Shown: positions 17,193 to 25,847 of the stretch, one piece after another
How positions within the stretch are numbered: the first letter of the stretch is position 1
Layout: every line of letters starts with the position of its first letter
Assembly (NCBI GenBank): GCA_964495755.1
Contig: CAZBXU010000003.1
Location: 1 to 49,639 of the forward strand
Length of the DNA: 49,639 bases
Source: an uncultured Spirochaetaceae bacterium
GTDB lineage: Bacteria; Spirochaetota; Spirochaetia; SZUA-6; DRHE01
Direction: 5' to 3'
Program-made: the position numbers and the translations under genes
Notes under the pieces: model-generated
Databases searched by the model: none
The model's input: only the letters and a program-made list of their open reading frames with translations
What the model was told of the DNA's origin: nothing

Positions 17193-17878
17193 GGTCTCCA
17201 CTCCTCCACGGGTACATCCATCAAGATCTTCCCGTCCAGGATCTGAACGATCCTTTTGCCCTGGCCGGCTACCTCCGGATCGTGGGTTACCATGATCAGG
17301 GTCACGCCTTCGGCCTGCAGCTCTCGAAACAGAGCCACGATCTCCGCTCCGGTCTTTGAGTCCAGGGCGCCGGTGGGCTCGTCGGCCAGCAGCACCTCCG
17401 GCCTCACGGCCAGGGCTCTGGCGATCGCCACCCGCTGCCTCTGCCCCCCGGAAAGCTCGTTGGGAACGTGGTGTTCCCTGCCGTCGAGCTTGACCCGTTT
17501 GAGGATCTCCATGGCCCGTTCCCGTCTTTCTCTGGGAGGGATGCCGGCGTAGATCAGGGGCAGCTCGACATTCTCCACCGCGCTGATTCGAGGAAGGAGA
17601 TTGAAGGTCTGGAACACAAAGCCGATGTGGCGGTTGCGGATCTCCGCCAGTTGATCCTTGCTCAAGTGAGCCACCGGCTCTCCGGACAGACGGTACTCAC
17701 CGGCTGTGGGTGAATCGAGGCAGCCGATGATGTTCATCAGAGTCGATTTCCCGGAACCGCTGGGCCCGATGATGGAGACAAACTCCCCCTTGTCGACAAA
17801 GAGGGACACCCCATCGATCGCCTTGACCGTGGTCGGTCCCATCTGGTAGTGCCGGCTCAAGCTCTCTATCTCGATCAT
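17189..17878 (-). CDS. ABC transporter ATP-binding protein (MacB/LolD-type)
   Basis: Walker A GPSGSGKST, signature LSGGQRQR, Walker B LLADEPTGALD. Confidence 0.9.
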   Translation of the reverse strand: MIEIESLSRHYQMGPTTVKAIDGVSLFVDKGEFVSIIGPSGSGKSTLMNIIGCLDSPTAGEYRLSGEPVAHLSKDQLAEIRNRHIGFVFQTFNLLPRISAVENVELPLIYAGIPPRERRERAMEILKRVKLDGREHHVPNELSGGQRQRVAIARALAVRPEVLLADEPTGALDSKTGAEIVALFRELQAEGVTLIMVTHDPEVAGQGKRIVQILDGKILMDVPVEEWRP

Positions 17879-19056
17879 TTGGTCGCTCCCGAACCCGGCA
17901 CCGAGATCGGAATCACGGAAGTTCCGGTGCTTGTCTGGGAAGAGGTCAGAGTAAATCCGGCGGTGGAGGGAACCACGACCAGCTCCCCTTCCTCCAAGCC
18001 TTCCAGAACGACCACGTTCACTCCATCATCAGCCCCGACTTCGACACGCCGCGTCTGTACCTCCTGATCTGTGAATACCTTGAGATAGCTCCTGCTGCGC
18101 ACCGTAGAGACCGCCTTGCTCGGGACCACCAGGCCTTTGTCGGCTCTGATCAGGATCGAGACATCGGCGCTCATTCCCGGCCGGAGCTTACCATCCTGGT
18201 TCGTCAGCACGGTGGACACCTTGAAAATGGAGATATTATTCACCACTTCGGCGGCCGGGCTGATACGCTCCACCTTGGATTTCAGCGCGCTTTCGCCCAC
18301 CGCGTCACTACTGATGCTCACCGACTGTCCCACCTCGACCTTGCCGATGTCGAACTCGTCAACCTCGGCTCGCAGGCGCACCCGGGACAGATCGGCGAAA
18401 GTGAGCAGCAGCGCTCCGCGGCTGACCAGGTCTCCGGGGTTCAGTTCCGTGCTCAGGACCACACCGTCGAAGGGCGCCCGCACCACCGTGGCTGCCAGTT
18501 CCTCCTGGGCCGTTTCCAGTGCCAGGGCGGCCTGGGATACCCCGAGCTCGGCCAGCTCCAGACTCCGCTGGGCCGAGGCCACGTTTTCCCTGGCCTCGCG
18601 AACCTGATCTTCGGGCACCGCTCCGGACTTGAGCAGCGTCTCTTTGTCGCTCAAATCCTTCCTGGATGTTTCCAGGGTGTCCACCGCCTTTTCCCTGTTG
18701 ACCCGTGCCTGGGCCAGGGTGATCTGAGCCTGCCGGAGCGCTTTCTGTTGGTCGGAGCTGTCGAATCGAACCAGAACGTCTCCGCTCGTAACCGCATCCC
18801 CTTCGACCGGAGACTCCAGAACGATCCCCTCGACCCGGGCCCGCACCGTTTGAACTCGGTAGGGTTCCACCACCGAAGGACCTTCCACCACCACGGATAC
18901 CGAACCGGGTGTTGCCTCTACGGCCAATAGCTGGTCCTCCGCCGGGGTGGTCGATTCGGCGGAATCGCCGCATCCCAGGACCAGCAGGAAGGCTACGGCA
19001 ATGGCCAGGGTCCCGGCCACCGACGCCGTCTTTATTTTTCGCAACTTTCGTTTCAT
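17875..19056 (-). CDS. Efflux transporter periplasmic adaptor (HlyD/MacA family membrane-fusion protein)
   Basis: 393 aa with an N-terminal anchor/lipobox-like LVLGC, a coiled-coil hairpin and beta-barrel segments. It has an ATGA overlap with the ATPase gene. Confidence 0.85.
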   Translation of the reverse strand: MKRKLRKIKTASVAGTLAIAVAFLLVLGCGDSAESTTPAEDQLLAVEATPGSVSVVVEGPSVVEPYRVQTVRARVEGIVLESPVEGDAVTSGDVLVRFDSSDQQKALRQAQITLAQARVNREKAVDTLETSRKDLSDKETLLKSGAVPEDQVREARENVASAQRSLELAELGVSQAALALETAQEELAATVVRAPFDGVVLSTELNPGDLVSRGALLLTFADLSRVRLRAEVDEFDIGKVEVGQSVSISSDAVGESALKSKVERISPAAEVVNNISIFKVSTVLTNQDGKLRPGMSADVSILIRADKGLVVPSKAVSTVRSRSYLKVFTDQEVQTRRVEVGADDGVNVVVLEGLEEGELVVVPSTAGFTLTSSQTSTGTSVIPISVPGSGATK

Positions 19057-19061
19057 GGTCT

Positions 19062-20447
19062 CTAATCTCCTCTATCCATTCCTTCAACAATTTCTGTTAG
19101 ATAGGCGGCGCTGTCGGCCGCACGCATCCGCTGTACCTTTTCTTCGATCTCGGCAGCCCGTACGGTCCAGTGTGCCCGAACGCCCAGAGCGGCCGCAGCC
19201 AGAATGTCATAATCATTCACCAGGCCCAGGCTTCGCTTGGAATCGAGGATCTTGCGGTTTTGTTCAACCCGTTCCAGATTTCTCCGGGCCTGCTCCAGGG
19301 ATTGCGTGGCTTTTAACCACTGCTGATACTGGCTGCGAATGCCCAGCTCCAGGCTCTGTTGCCGTGCCTCGATCTTGGCCATCTCCAGTTCCCGCGTAAG
19401 AGCCAAAGACTCACCCTCCAGTGAATCCGCCCGCCCGTTTGTGAAGGACAAGCCAACCGAGAGGCCGATGTTCCAGGTATCCTCGGAGGTTCCCGATCCG
19501 CTCGTTGGAACCTCCCCGATGGTATAGATCGGGAAGGAGTAGGATGCCGACAACTGGGGTTCCTGGAAGGTATAGGTAAGCGAAGCGCTGTGATCGGAGA
19601 TACCTCCGAAGCCCTTCAAGCTGACGGACAGATCTGCTTTGCCGAGCCGCGCGAGTGTGTCATCAATCTGAGCGATTCCGTTGTTCAAAACCTTGAGTTC
19701 CGGATCATGCTCGAACGCCCAGGCTGCCAGAACGGGAGGGTTTGGAAGCTCCGCAGTCTCGGGGGAACGGGTTTCCGGATTCAGTTCCGGGGTCTCCGGG
19801 GTGAGATCAAAGCCGAATGTGTAGGCCATCTCCAGCCAGCTCAGGCGCAGCTTCAAGCCACCCTCAAGAACCGCCTCCTCCCTGCGCTGCAGGTCTTCCT
19901 CCGCTTCGGAGAGATCCGTCAACGAAACATCTCCGATTTGAAAACGCTCGCGGAGGGCTTCGGTATAGGCCCGGGCCGCGTCGAGCTCAGCAGTCAGCAC
20001 TCCCTGTTCCTCCCGGGCGAGCCAGGCTGCCTGATAGAGCCCGTAGGCTTCCAGAAAAGCTTCTCCCCTGGCTTGGGCCAGCCGGTCCCGGGCTGCCGTC
20101 AACGCGTCAGCCGCCGCCCGCGCCCTCTCTTTCTCGATCTCCGACAGACCCAGGGGAAGCTTGGCCGATGCCGTCCCTGAAAGGGCTACCTCCTCGGCGA
20201 AAGATTCTCCTACCCGTGTTGTAGCTTTCACCTGTGGATCGAGGGACACCGTAGGGTCCCCTGAAAAGCGAAGCCTCTCGAACTCCTTTTCCGCTCTGTC
20301 GACGGATAACCGGGCAGATCGAACCGCGTAGGTTTCGTCCAGACGGGCCAGCACGTCGTTCAGGGAGAGTGAGGTCACCGCGGGTGCAATTATCAGTAGG
20401 AGTGCGGATCCAAAGATCAAACGCTGCATTGCCTTCTTCGTTCCCAT
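19062..20447 (-). CDS. tolC: TolC family outer-membrane efflux protein
   Basis: 461 aa with a signal peptide and a two-repeat OEP pattern rich in coiled-coil residues. It is the first gene of the efflux operon. Confidence 0.8.
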   Translation of the reverse strand: MGTKKAMQRLIFGSALLLIIAPAVTSLSLNDVLARLDETYAVRSARLSVDRAEKEFERLRFSGDPTVSLDPQVKATTRVGESFAEEVALSGTASAKLPLGLSEIEKERARAAADALTAARDRLAQARGEAFLEAYGLYQAAWLAREEQGVLTAELDAARAYTEALRERFQIGDVSLTDLSEAEEDLQRREEAVLEGGLKLRLSWLEMAYTFGFDLTPETPELNPETRSPETAELPNPPVLAAWAFEHDPELKVLNNGIAQIDDTLARLGKADLSVSLKGFGGISDHSASLTYTFQEPQLSASYSFPIYTIGEVPTSGSGTSEDTWNIGLSVGLSFTNGRADSLEGESLALTRELEMAKIEARQQSLELGIRSQYQQWLKATQSLEQARRNLERVEQNRKILDSKRSLGLVNDYDILAAAALGVRAHWTVRAAEIEEKVQRMRAADSAAYLTEIVEGMDRGD

Positions 20448-20654
20448 CCTATATCCTTTTTTCTATATAGTAATGTTAATATGAGTATTAAGATAATCGT
20501 TATTCATCCAATAGACAACTGTCCCGACATTCACATTTCCTAAGCGGGTAGTACGGCAATCGTGTTCCCTGAACGTCCGTAGCAGGAACCGCCGTCCTTT
20601 AAGTTGAAGCTCCAGTCCCTCAACCGTGTGTAAAATCAGACCAGTATACCGGGG

Positions 20655-20701
20655 TTGACAGAAAGGCTCTTTCGTGTTACGAATATCGAAAAGATAACAC
20701 G
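20655..20701 (+). promoter_or_regulatory. Candidate promoter with overlapping NikR-like inverted repeat
   Basis: TTGACA lies at 20655-20660. The inverted repeat is CGTGTTA (20673-20679), 15 nt, then TAACACG (20695-20701), which also reads GTGTTAC-N13-aTAACAC. It ends 33 nt before the cbiM ATG. Confidence 0.45.
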
Positions 20702-20733
20702 TTTGCAGTTCTAACTGGAAGAGGAGGAAGCTG

Positions 20734-21387
20734 ATGCATATCCCTGACGGTCTGGTAAGCGCACCGATCAACATCGCAACCGCGGTGGTCGCGATGGGGG
20801 TCGGGGCGGCCGCCGTGGTTCGCGCCCGGCGTACGTTGGGCGAAAAAAAGGTCCCGATCCTGGGCGTTTCGGCCGCCTTTGTCTTCGCCGCTCAAATGCT
20901 TAACTTTCCCGTAGCCGCCGGAACGAGCGGGCATTTTCTGGGGGCGCTGCTCGTAGCGCTCCTGCTCGGACCCCTGAACGGCTTTCTCGTGATGGCGGTG
21001 GTCCTGGTGATCCAGAGCCTGCTGTTCGCCGACGGCGGGCTCACCGCGCTGGGCACGAACATTTTCAACATGGGGATCGTCGGCGGCCTCGGGGGCTACG
21101 GCCTGTTCCGCCTGCTGACATTGACGCTGCCTCGGCGGCGGGGCGTCTTTGTGGCCGCTGCGGCCGTGTCGGCTTGGTTCTCGGTCGTGCTGGCCGCGTC
21201 GGTCTGCGCTGTGGAGCTGGCTCTGTCCGGGACTTCTCCCCTGGCGCTGGCACTGCCCGCCATGGCCGGCGTACATGTGCTGATCGGAATCGGAGAGGGG
21301 ATCATCTCCGCCGTGGTCGTATCCCTGATGCTCGGAGTACGCCCCGACCTGGTTTTGGCCTGGAAGCCCCAGGAGGTTAAGGCATGA
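20734..21387 (+). CDS. cbiM: ECF transporter substrate-capture component CbiM/NikM
   Basis: The N-terminus MHIPDG is the metal-binding Met1-His2 signature. The protein is 217 aa with multiple TM helices. Confidence 0.85.
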   Translation: MHIPDGLVSAPINIATAVVAMGVGAAAVVRARRTLGEKKVPILGVSAAFVFAAQMLNFPVAAGTSGHFLGALLVALLLGPLNGFLVMAVVLVIQSLLFADGGLTALGTNIFNMGIVGGLGGYGLFRLLTLTLPRRRGVFVAAAAVSAWFSVVLAASVCAVELALSGTSPLALALPAMAGVHVLIGIGEGIISAVVVSLMLGVRPDLVLAWKPQEVKA

Positions 21388-21719
21388 AGAATGTCCTTCC
21401 GTTTCTTCCAGCCGCTCTAGGTGTGTGCCTGCTGCTGGCTTCGTTTTTAGCCCCCCTCGCTTCCTCCTCCCCGGACGGGCTGGAACGGGTCGCCGAAGAC
21501 CAGGGGTTCCTGGAGCAGGTCGAGGGGAGCCAGGTGTGGAAGGCCGCGCCGGTCCCCGACTACGAGATGCCGGGGGTAGGCCGGAGCGGCATAGCCACCG
21601 CTCTAGCGGGTGTAGCCGGAACCTTGATCGTCTTCGGGCTCGCCCTTGGGCTCGGCAGGCTGCTGGTCCGCGGGCGTGGTGCCGGCCGGTCCCGGGCCGG
21701 AGGATCGATCTCCCGTTGA
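21384..21719 (+). CDS. PDGLE domain membrane protein (CbiN/NikN-like accessory component)
   Basis: It contains a literal SPDGLE motif after a signal/TM segment and has a C-terminal TM helix. Its start overlaps the cbiM stop. Confidence 0.75.
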   Translation: MKNVLPFLPAALGVCLLLASFLAPLASSSPDGLERVAEDQGFLEQVEGSQVWKAAPVPDYEMPGVGRSGIATALAGVAGTLIVFGLALGLGRLLVRGRGAGRSRAGGSISR

Positions 21720-22492
21720 ACCTGGATTTCCTGGACCGGTATGTCGGCCTGGACAGCCCGGTGCACCATCTGGACGCTCGGGTCAAGGTCCTGGTCGTCC
21801 TGATGTGCCTGTCTCTGTGGGTTACGACTCCTCCCGGCCGGTGGATTCCCCTTGGGTTCGCGCTTTTATTCCTTGCAGCGGCAGCGATGCTTTCGAGGGT
21901 ACCTCTGCGCTACCTGCTTGCCCGCAGTCTGCCGGTAGCCGGATTCGTAGCGCTCATGGCCGTGCTTGCGCCGTTCCGTCCGGGCGGTGAGGTTCTGGTT
22001 CGGCTCACACCCGCTGTGTCCGTCAGCAAGGAAGGTGCCAGGCTCTATGCCGCGGTCATCTCCAAAGCCTTTCTGTCGGTTGCCGCCGTGGTGCTGCTTT
22101 CTTCCACCACGTCCTTCGCGGGGATTCTCAAGGCGATGGAGCGGCTGCGGGTGCCCCGCACCCTGGTCCTGATCGTCAGTTTTGCCTATCGGTACCTGTT
22201 TGTCATCGTCGAGGAGGCCCTGCGCATGAAAAGGGCCCGGGACGCCCGCCTGTTCGGCGGCCGCTGGTTGTGGCACTCCACGGTGATCGGCCGGATGATC
22301 GGCACGCTGTTCCTGCACAGCTACGAACGGGCCGAACGGGTCTACCAGGCCATGATCGCAAGAGGATACGATCCGGGGATACGGCCTCGGCAGGCCCAGC
22401 CGCTGTCGGCCGGCGATCTGGCGGTGCTGGTCGGTGTGCCCGTCGTGGTGCTCGGTTCGCGCTTCCTCCCCTGGCTGGCGGGCTGCCGGTGA
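21716..22492 (+). CDS. cbiQ: ECF transporter transmembrane component CbiQ
   Basis: The CbiQ-like sequence begins LNLDFLDRYVGLDSPVHHLDARVK. The TTG at 21716 overlaps the upstream stop (TTGA). The longer tracked ORF from 21425 overlaps the PDGLE gene and looks like an artefact. Confidence 0.75.
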   Translation: MNLDFLDRYVGLDSPVHHLDARVKVLVVLMCLSLWVTTPPGRWIPLGFALLFLAAAAMLSRVPLRYLLARSLPVAGFVALMAVLAPFRPGGEVLVRLTPAVSVSKEGARLYAAVISKAFLSVAAVVLLSSTTSFAGILKAMERLRVPRTLVLIVSFAYRYLFVIVEEALRMKRARDARLFGGRWLWHSTVIGRMIGTLFLHSYERAERVYQAMIARGYDPGIRPRQAQPLSAGDLAVLVGVPVVVLGSRFLPWLAGCR

Positions 22493-23205
22493 GCACGGAT
22501 TCCCGGGTCGTGCTCTCCCTGCGCGGCTTGTCCTACCGCTACCCGGACGGCACCGCGGCCCTGAAGGAGGTTTCCCTTGACCTAAGGGAGGGGGAACGGC
22601 TGGCTTTGATGGGACCCAACGGCGCGGGCAAGTCCACCCTCCTCCTGCACCTGAACGCCCTGCTCGACGGGGACGGAAAGCTCGAGGTCGACGGGATCGC
22701 TCTGTCCAAAACCACCGTGCGGACCATTCGGCAGAAGGTAGGTCTGGTATTTCAGAATCCGGATGATCAGCTGTTCTGCCCGACGGTATTCGAGGACGTG
22801 GCCTTCGGACCTCGCAACATGGGCCTGCCCGATACCGAGGTGGAGAGTCGAGTACGTGGAAGCCTCCAGGCGGTGGGCTTGGGTGGTTTCGAAAGGCGCA
22901 ACCCCGCCCACCTGAGCATCGGTGAGAAGAAGAGGGCGGCGATTGCCACTGTGCATGCCATGCGCCCGCTGGTGTTTGTCCTGGATGAGCCCGCCGGTAG
23001 CCTCGACGCCCGGGGCAGGCGGGGCGTCCTGGAGCTGCTGCACCGCCTGGAGGGTGCGCAGATCATCGTGACCCACGATCTCGAACTGGTACGAGCCGTC
23101 TGTTCCCGAGTCCTGGTAATGGGAGCGGGACGGATCGTGACGGAAGGTCCGGTGCCGGACATCCTGGCGGACCCCGCGAAGCTGGAGGTCTGGGGCCTTG
23201 CCTGA
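22489..23205 (+). CDS. cbiO: ECF transporter ATPase CbiO
   Basis: Walker A GPNGAGKST, signature LSIGEKKR, Walker B FVLDEP. The GTG at 22489 overlaps the cbiQ stop (GTGA). Confidence 0.85.
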   Translation: MSTDSRVVLSLRGLSYRYPDGTAALKEVSLDLREGERLALMGPNGAGKSTLLLHLNALLDGDGKLEVDGIALSKTTVRTIRQKVGLVFQNPDDQLFCPTVFEDVAFGPRNMGLPDTEVESRVRGSLQAVGLGGFERRNPAHLSIGEKKRAAIATVHAMRPLVFVLDEPAGSLDARGRRGVLELLHRLEGAQIIVTHDLELVRAVCSRVLVMGAGRIVTEGPVPDILADPAKLEVWGLA

Positions 23206-23334
23206 CATCCGCCTCAGCCGACATGGGTGCTTCCGGCTTGCATCATGAACAGCGCACGGCCACCATTTCGGCGAGCTCATCCAAATAAAACCATTATTGG
23301 TATCCGGCGTGTAATAAAAAGAAATGTGACAAAA

Positions 23335-24837
23335 TTAAGAAAAGACAGGATTCGAAAAAAGGCGAACCGGTTTTCCACCTGTCTTTGAAGGGGCCAGGGT
23401 AAAGAATGTGCACTTATCGCTGGGAGGGACTTCTTCGGGGAAATGGGTCACAATAATAACAGGCCCATAGTGCATATCGAGCAGGGTCATGAACTTCCTC
23501 CAGAGGCATCTACGGCCCTCTGCATCGAGACCGGCAAAGGGTTCATCCAAGAGCATCACCTCGGGGAAGCGGGCAAAACAGCGGGCGAATCCCAACCGTT
23601 TTTTCATTCCCCCGGATAATTCGTCGGGCGTTCCGCTCTCCCAGCCGGAAAGGCCTGCCTCGCCGAGAAGGTAACGAGCGAATGCCAGGGAATCTGCTGA
23701 TGGAACCCTTGAGTAAATCAAAGGCAGGGCAACGTTCCAGGCGTTGGATCGCCAGGGTAGAAACCGGTCGTCCTGAAACACAAAGCCAAGTCTCTCAGGT
23801 CGCCTGATCGTTCCGGATATCGGTTTGAGCAGTCCTGCCGCTGTATACAGTAACGTGGTCTTTCCCAATCCGGAATCCCCTGAGATCACAACGATTTCAT
23901 CAGGCCTTACGGTCAGACTGATACGATCGAGAAGAAGCTCGGATTCCGGATAAGCGAAGCTTACATCCTGGAGAACGACCTCCTGTTTGCTAGATTCCTG
24001 TATAAACGCTCGTTTCAGCTGTTCAAGAGTCTCGGGACAAGGGATTATAGTACCCTTTCGTTCGACCCGTTTCCCGGGACGTGCTAGTGCCTGCTCTAAC
24101 CTTCCAAGAAGCCGGCTGGCAATTAAAATGAGAAAAATGAGAATCAAGCCCCAGGCAAAGACCTTCCGCATCTGCAAAGACTGGAAGGAAGCTTGAACCT
24201 GAAATCCAATTCCGTTGTTAGCGCCGAAGTACTCGGCGATGACCGATGCCTTGATTCCCAACACAATACCTAGTTTTACTGCGGCAGCAAGGAACGGTTT
24301 GAGATGGGGCAGAACGAGCTCCCGGAGTTTGGGGTATACCCCGGGAGCGAACACATCGAGCATCTGTTCAAGGTGATGGGGAACGGCTTTCACACCCTCG
24401 TTCACGTTCAACGCCACGATGGGAAAACAGATCAGGGCTATGACCAAAACAGGGGCAAGGTGCCCAATGCCCAGCACGAGGATCAATGGGATGATCCACA
24501 GCAGCGGAGGTATACCTTGCAGGATTAGAACCAAAGGGCGAAATAGAATCTCCACATTCTGATTGAGCCCGGACAGAATTCCCGCTGCTGAACCGCAGGC
24601 AAGGGCGAGGGAAAAACCCGCTGCAACCCTGAGGACCGTAATCAGGATCTGTTTCCAGACAAATCCTTGTGAAAGGAGCGACACCGTCTCTACGGCAGTA
24701 TGCCAAGGAGAAGGAATGATATATGATCCGGTTAGTAAACTCGCCGTGCTCCAGATTGTAAGTAGGAGTAAACTGCCAAGAACATAAAGGATAGTCCTTT
24801 TTCGCTTCTTCGAAACAACTTGATCCATCACGGGCAA
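23335..24837 (-). CDS. Fused ABC importer-type permease (TauC/SsuC-like) and ATPase
   Basis: The N-terminal ~260 aa is a BPD_transp_1-type membrane domain with an EAA-like loop (NVNEGVKAVPHHLEQMLDVFAPG). The C-terminal NBD has GDSGLGKTT, LSGGMKKR and MLLDEPFAGLD. Confidence 0.8.
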   Translation of the reverse strand: MPVMDQVVSKKRKRTILYVLGSLLLLTIWSTASLLTGSYIIPSPWHTAVETVSLLSQGFVWKQILITVLRVAAGFSLALACGSAAGILSGLNQNVEILFRPLVLILQGIPPLLWIIPLILVLGIGHLAPVLVIALICFPIVALNVNEGVKAVPHHLEQMLDVFAPGVYPKLRELVLPHLKPFLAAAVKLGIVLGIKASVIAEYFGANNGIGFQVQASFQSLQMRKVFAWGLILIFLILIASRLLGRLEQALARPGKRVERKGTIIPCPETLEQLKRAFIQESSKQEVVLQDVSFAYPESELLLDRISLTVRPDEIVVISGDSGLGKTTLLYTAAGLLKPISGTIRRPERLGFVFQDDRFLPWRSNAWNVALPLIYSRVPSADSLAFARYLLGEAGLSGWESGTPDELSGGMKKRLGFARCFARFPEVMLLDEPFAGLDAEGRRCLWRKFMTLLDMHYGPVIIVTHFPEEVPPSDKCTFFTLAPSKTGGKPVRLFSNPVFS

Positions 24838-25847
24838 AAGAAGAACTCCTCTTGAAGCTCACCCCGTTTCCCGGGCAGAAACCCTTTGACATCCTCATAG
24901 TAAGCCTTAACGCGGTGTCGATTTTCCTCCGGGGAAGGAACATGGAACAAGGTTTTGGCGATTGAATGGGCAATCACCTCTTCGCAAAAGCCCAGGGCCG
25001 TAGAAAATTTCTTGGCTGCTTTTTCAGGATCAGACACAACCTGCTGGGTAGCCGCACGCCACTGGACTATAAATTCCTTCAACATCTCGGCGTTCCTTTC
25101 TGCGTAGCTGCGGGTCGTGAACAGGCTTACCTGAGGAGACAGCGCTTCGCCTTGATTCGCGGCAGCCCAGGCCTGTTTGTAGTCGATGAAGCGTTGCAGA
25201 CCCCGATTGATGACCAGTTCCGAGGCCAGAGGCTCAGGAATCGGTGCGGCGTCGATCCGGCCTTTTAGAAGCAGCGCCACGGTTTGAGGTAAAGGAGAGT
25301 AGATAATAGTAAGGTCCCGATCCGGGTCGATATCCTGTTTATGCAGGAAAAAACGGGTCTGAAAATCCAGAGGGGAACCCGGGAACGGCAGAGCGATCCG
25401 CTTCCCCGCAAGATCAGCAATGCTTTCGATACGCGGACAGTCGATGGAGCCAATCAGATAGGAGATACCCCATACACCCGTGCTGATCATCAGGATGGGG
25501 CTGCCGGACAAGTAGTTCTCCCACCCCTGGCTGCTTCCGGTAAGAAGCAGATCTACCTCGCCGCGAAGCAACCGCGCCAAAGCCTGAGCATGGTTGAGGA
25601 AGATATCTGCCTGGATATCTACACCCGGAAGTGGATCCTCCTCGGCAAGGAGAAGTAGAGGCAGGCTCGAGTTGGAGGGAGGCACCAACAGGCGTACAAC
25701 AGGGGTAACCGGTTGCGCAGAGCAGGCTCCAATCCCGACAAGACCGAAGAATACAAGACCGAAGAATACAAGAGCAATAAGAAATCTCGCAGAACGGTAA
25801 TAGTGGTGATCTCTTTTGATCTGAAATAACGGGGTGACACAGATCAT
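24828..25847 (-). CDS. NMT1/TauA/SsuA-type ABC substrate-binding lipoprotein
   Basis: Signal peptide with lipobox GIGACS and an NMT1-like core (LAGKRIALPFPGSPLDF). It has an ATGA overlap with the upstream kinase gene. Confidence 0.75.
   Translation of the reverse strand: MICVTPLFQIKRDHHYYRSARFLIALVFFGLVFFGLVGIGACSAQPVTPVVRLLVPPSNSSLPLLLLAEEDPLPGVDIQADIFLNHAQALARLLRGEVDLLLTGSSQGWENYLSGSPILMISTGVWGISYLIGSIDCPRIESIADLAGKRIALPFPGSPLDFQTRFFLHKQDIDPDRDLTIIYSPLPQTVALLLKGRIDAAPIPEPLASELVINRGLQRFIDYKQAWAAANQGEALSPQVSLFTTRSYAERNAEMLKEFIVQWRAATQQVVSDPEKAAKKFSTALGFCEEVIAHSIAKTLFHVPSPEENRHRVKAYYEDVKGFLPGKRGELQEEFFFCP
25741..25770. repeat. Perfect 15-bp tandem duplication inside the binding-protein signal peptide
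   Basis: AGACCGAAGAATACA occurs twice back to back. On the minus strand it encodes the doubled LVFFG-LVFFG. Confidence 0.9.

Noticed and set aside
20521-20654. Possible cobalamin or other metal riboswitch upstream of cbiM.
   Set aside because: I could not find the B12-box (GCCACTG-like) or the GGTG...CCCGCAACTGT core on either strand. The best promoter candidate lies downstream of this stretch, leaving only a ~45-nt leader. An Rfam/Infernal scan would settle it.
20677-21786. 369-aa minus-strand ORF covering the cbiM, PDGLE and cbiQ start region.
   Set aside because: The translation is extremely Arg/Pro/Gly/His-rich. It sits antisense to three well-supported transporter genes and also spans the intergenic promoter. 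I judge it spurious.
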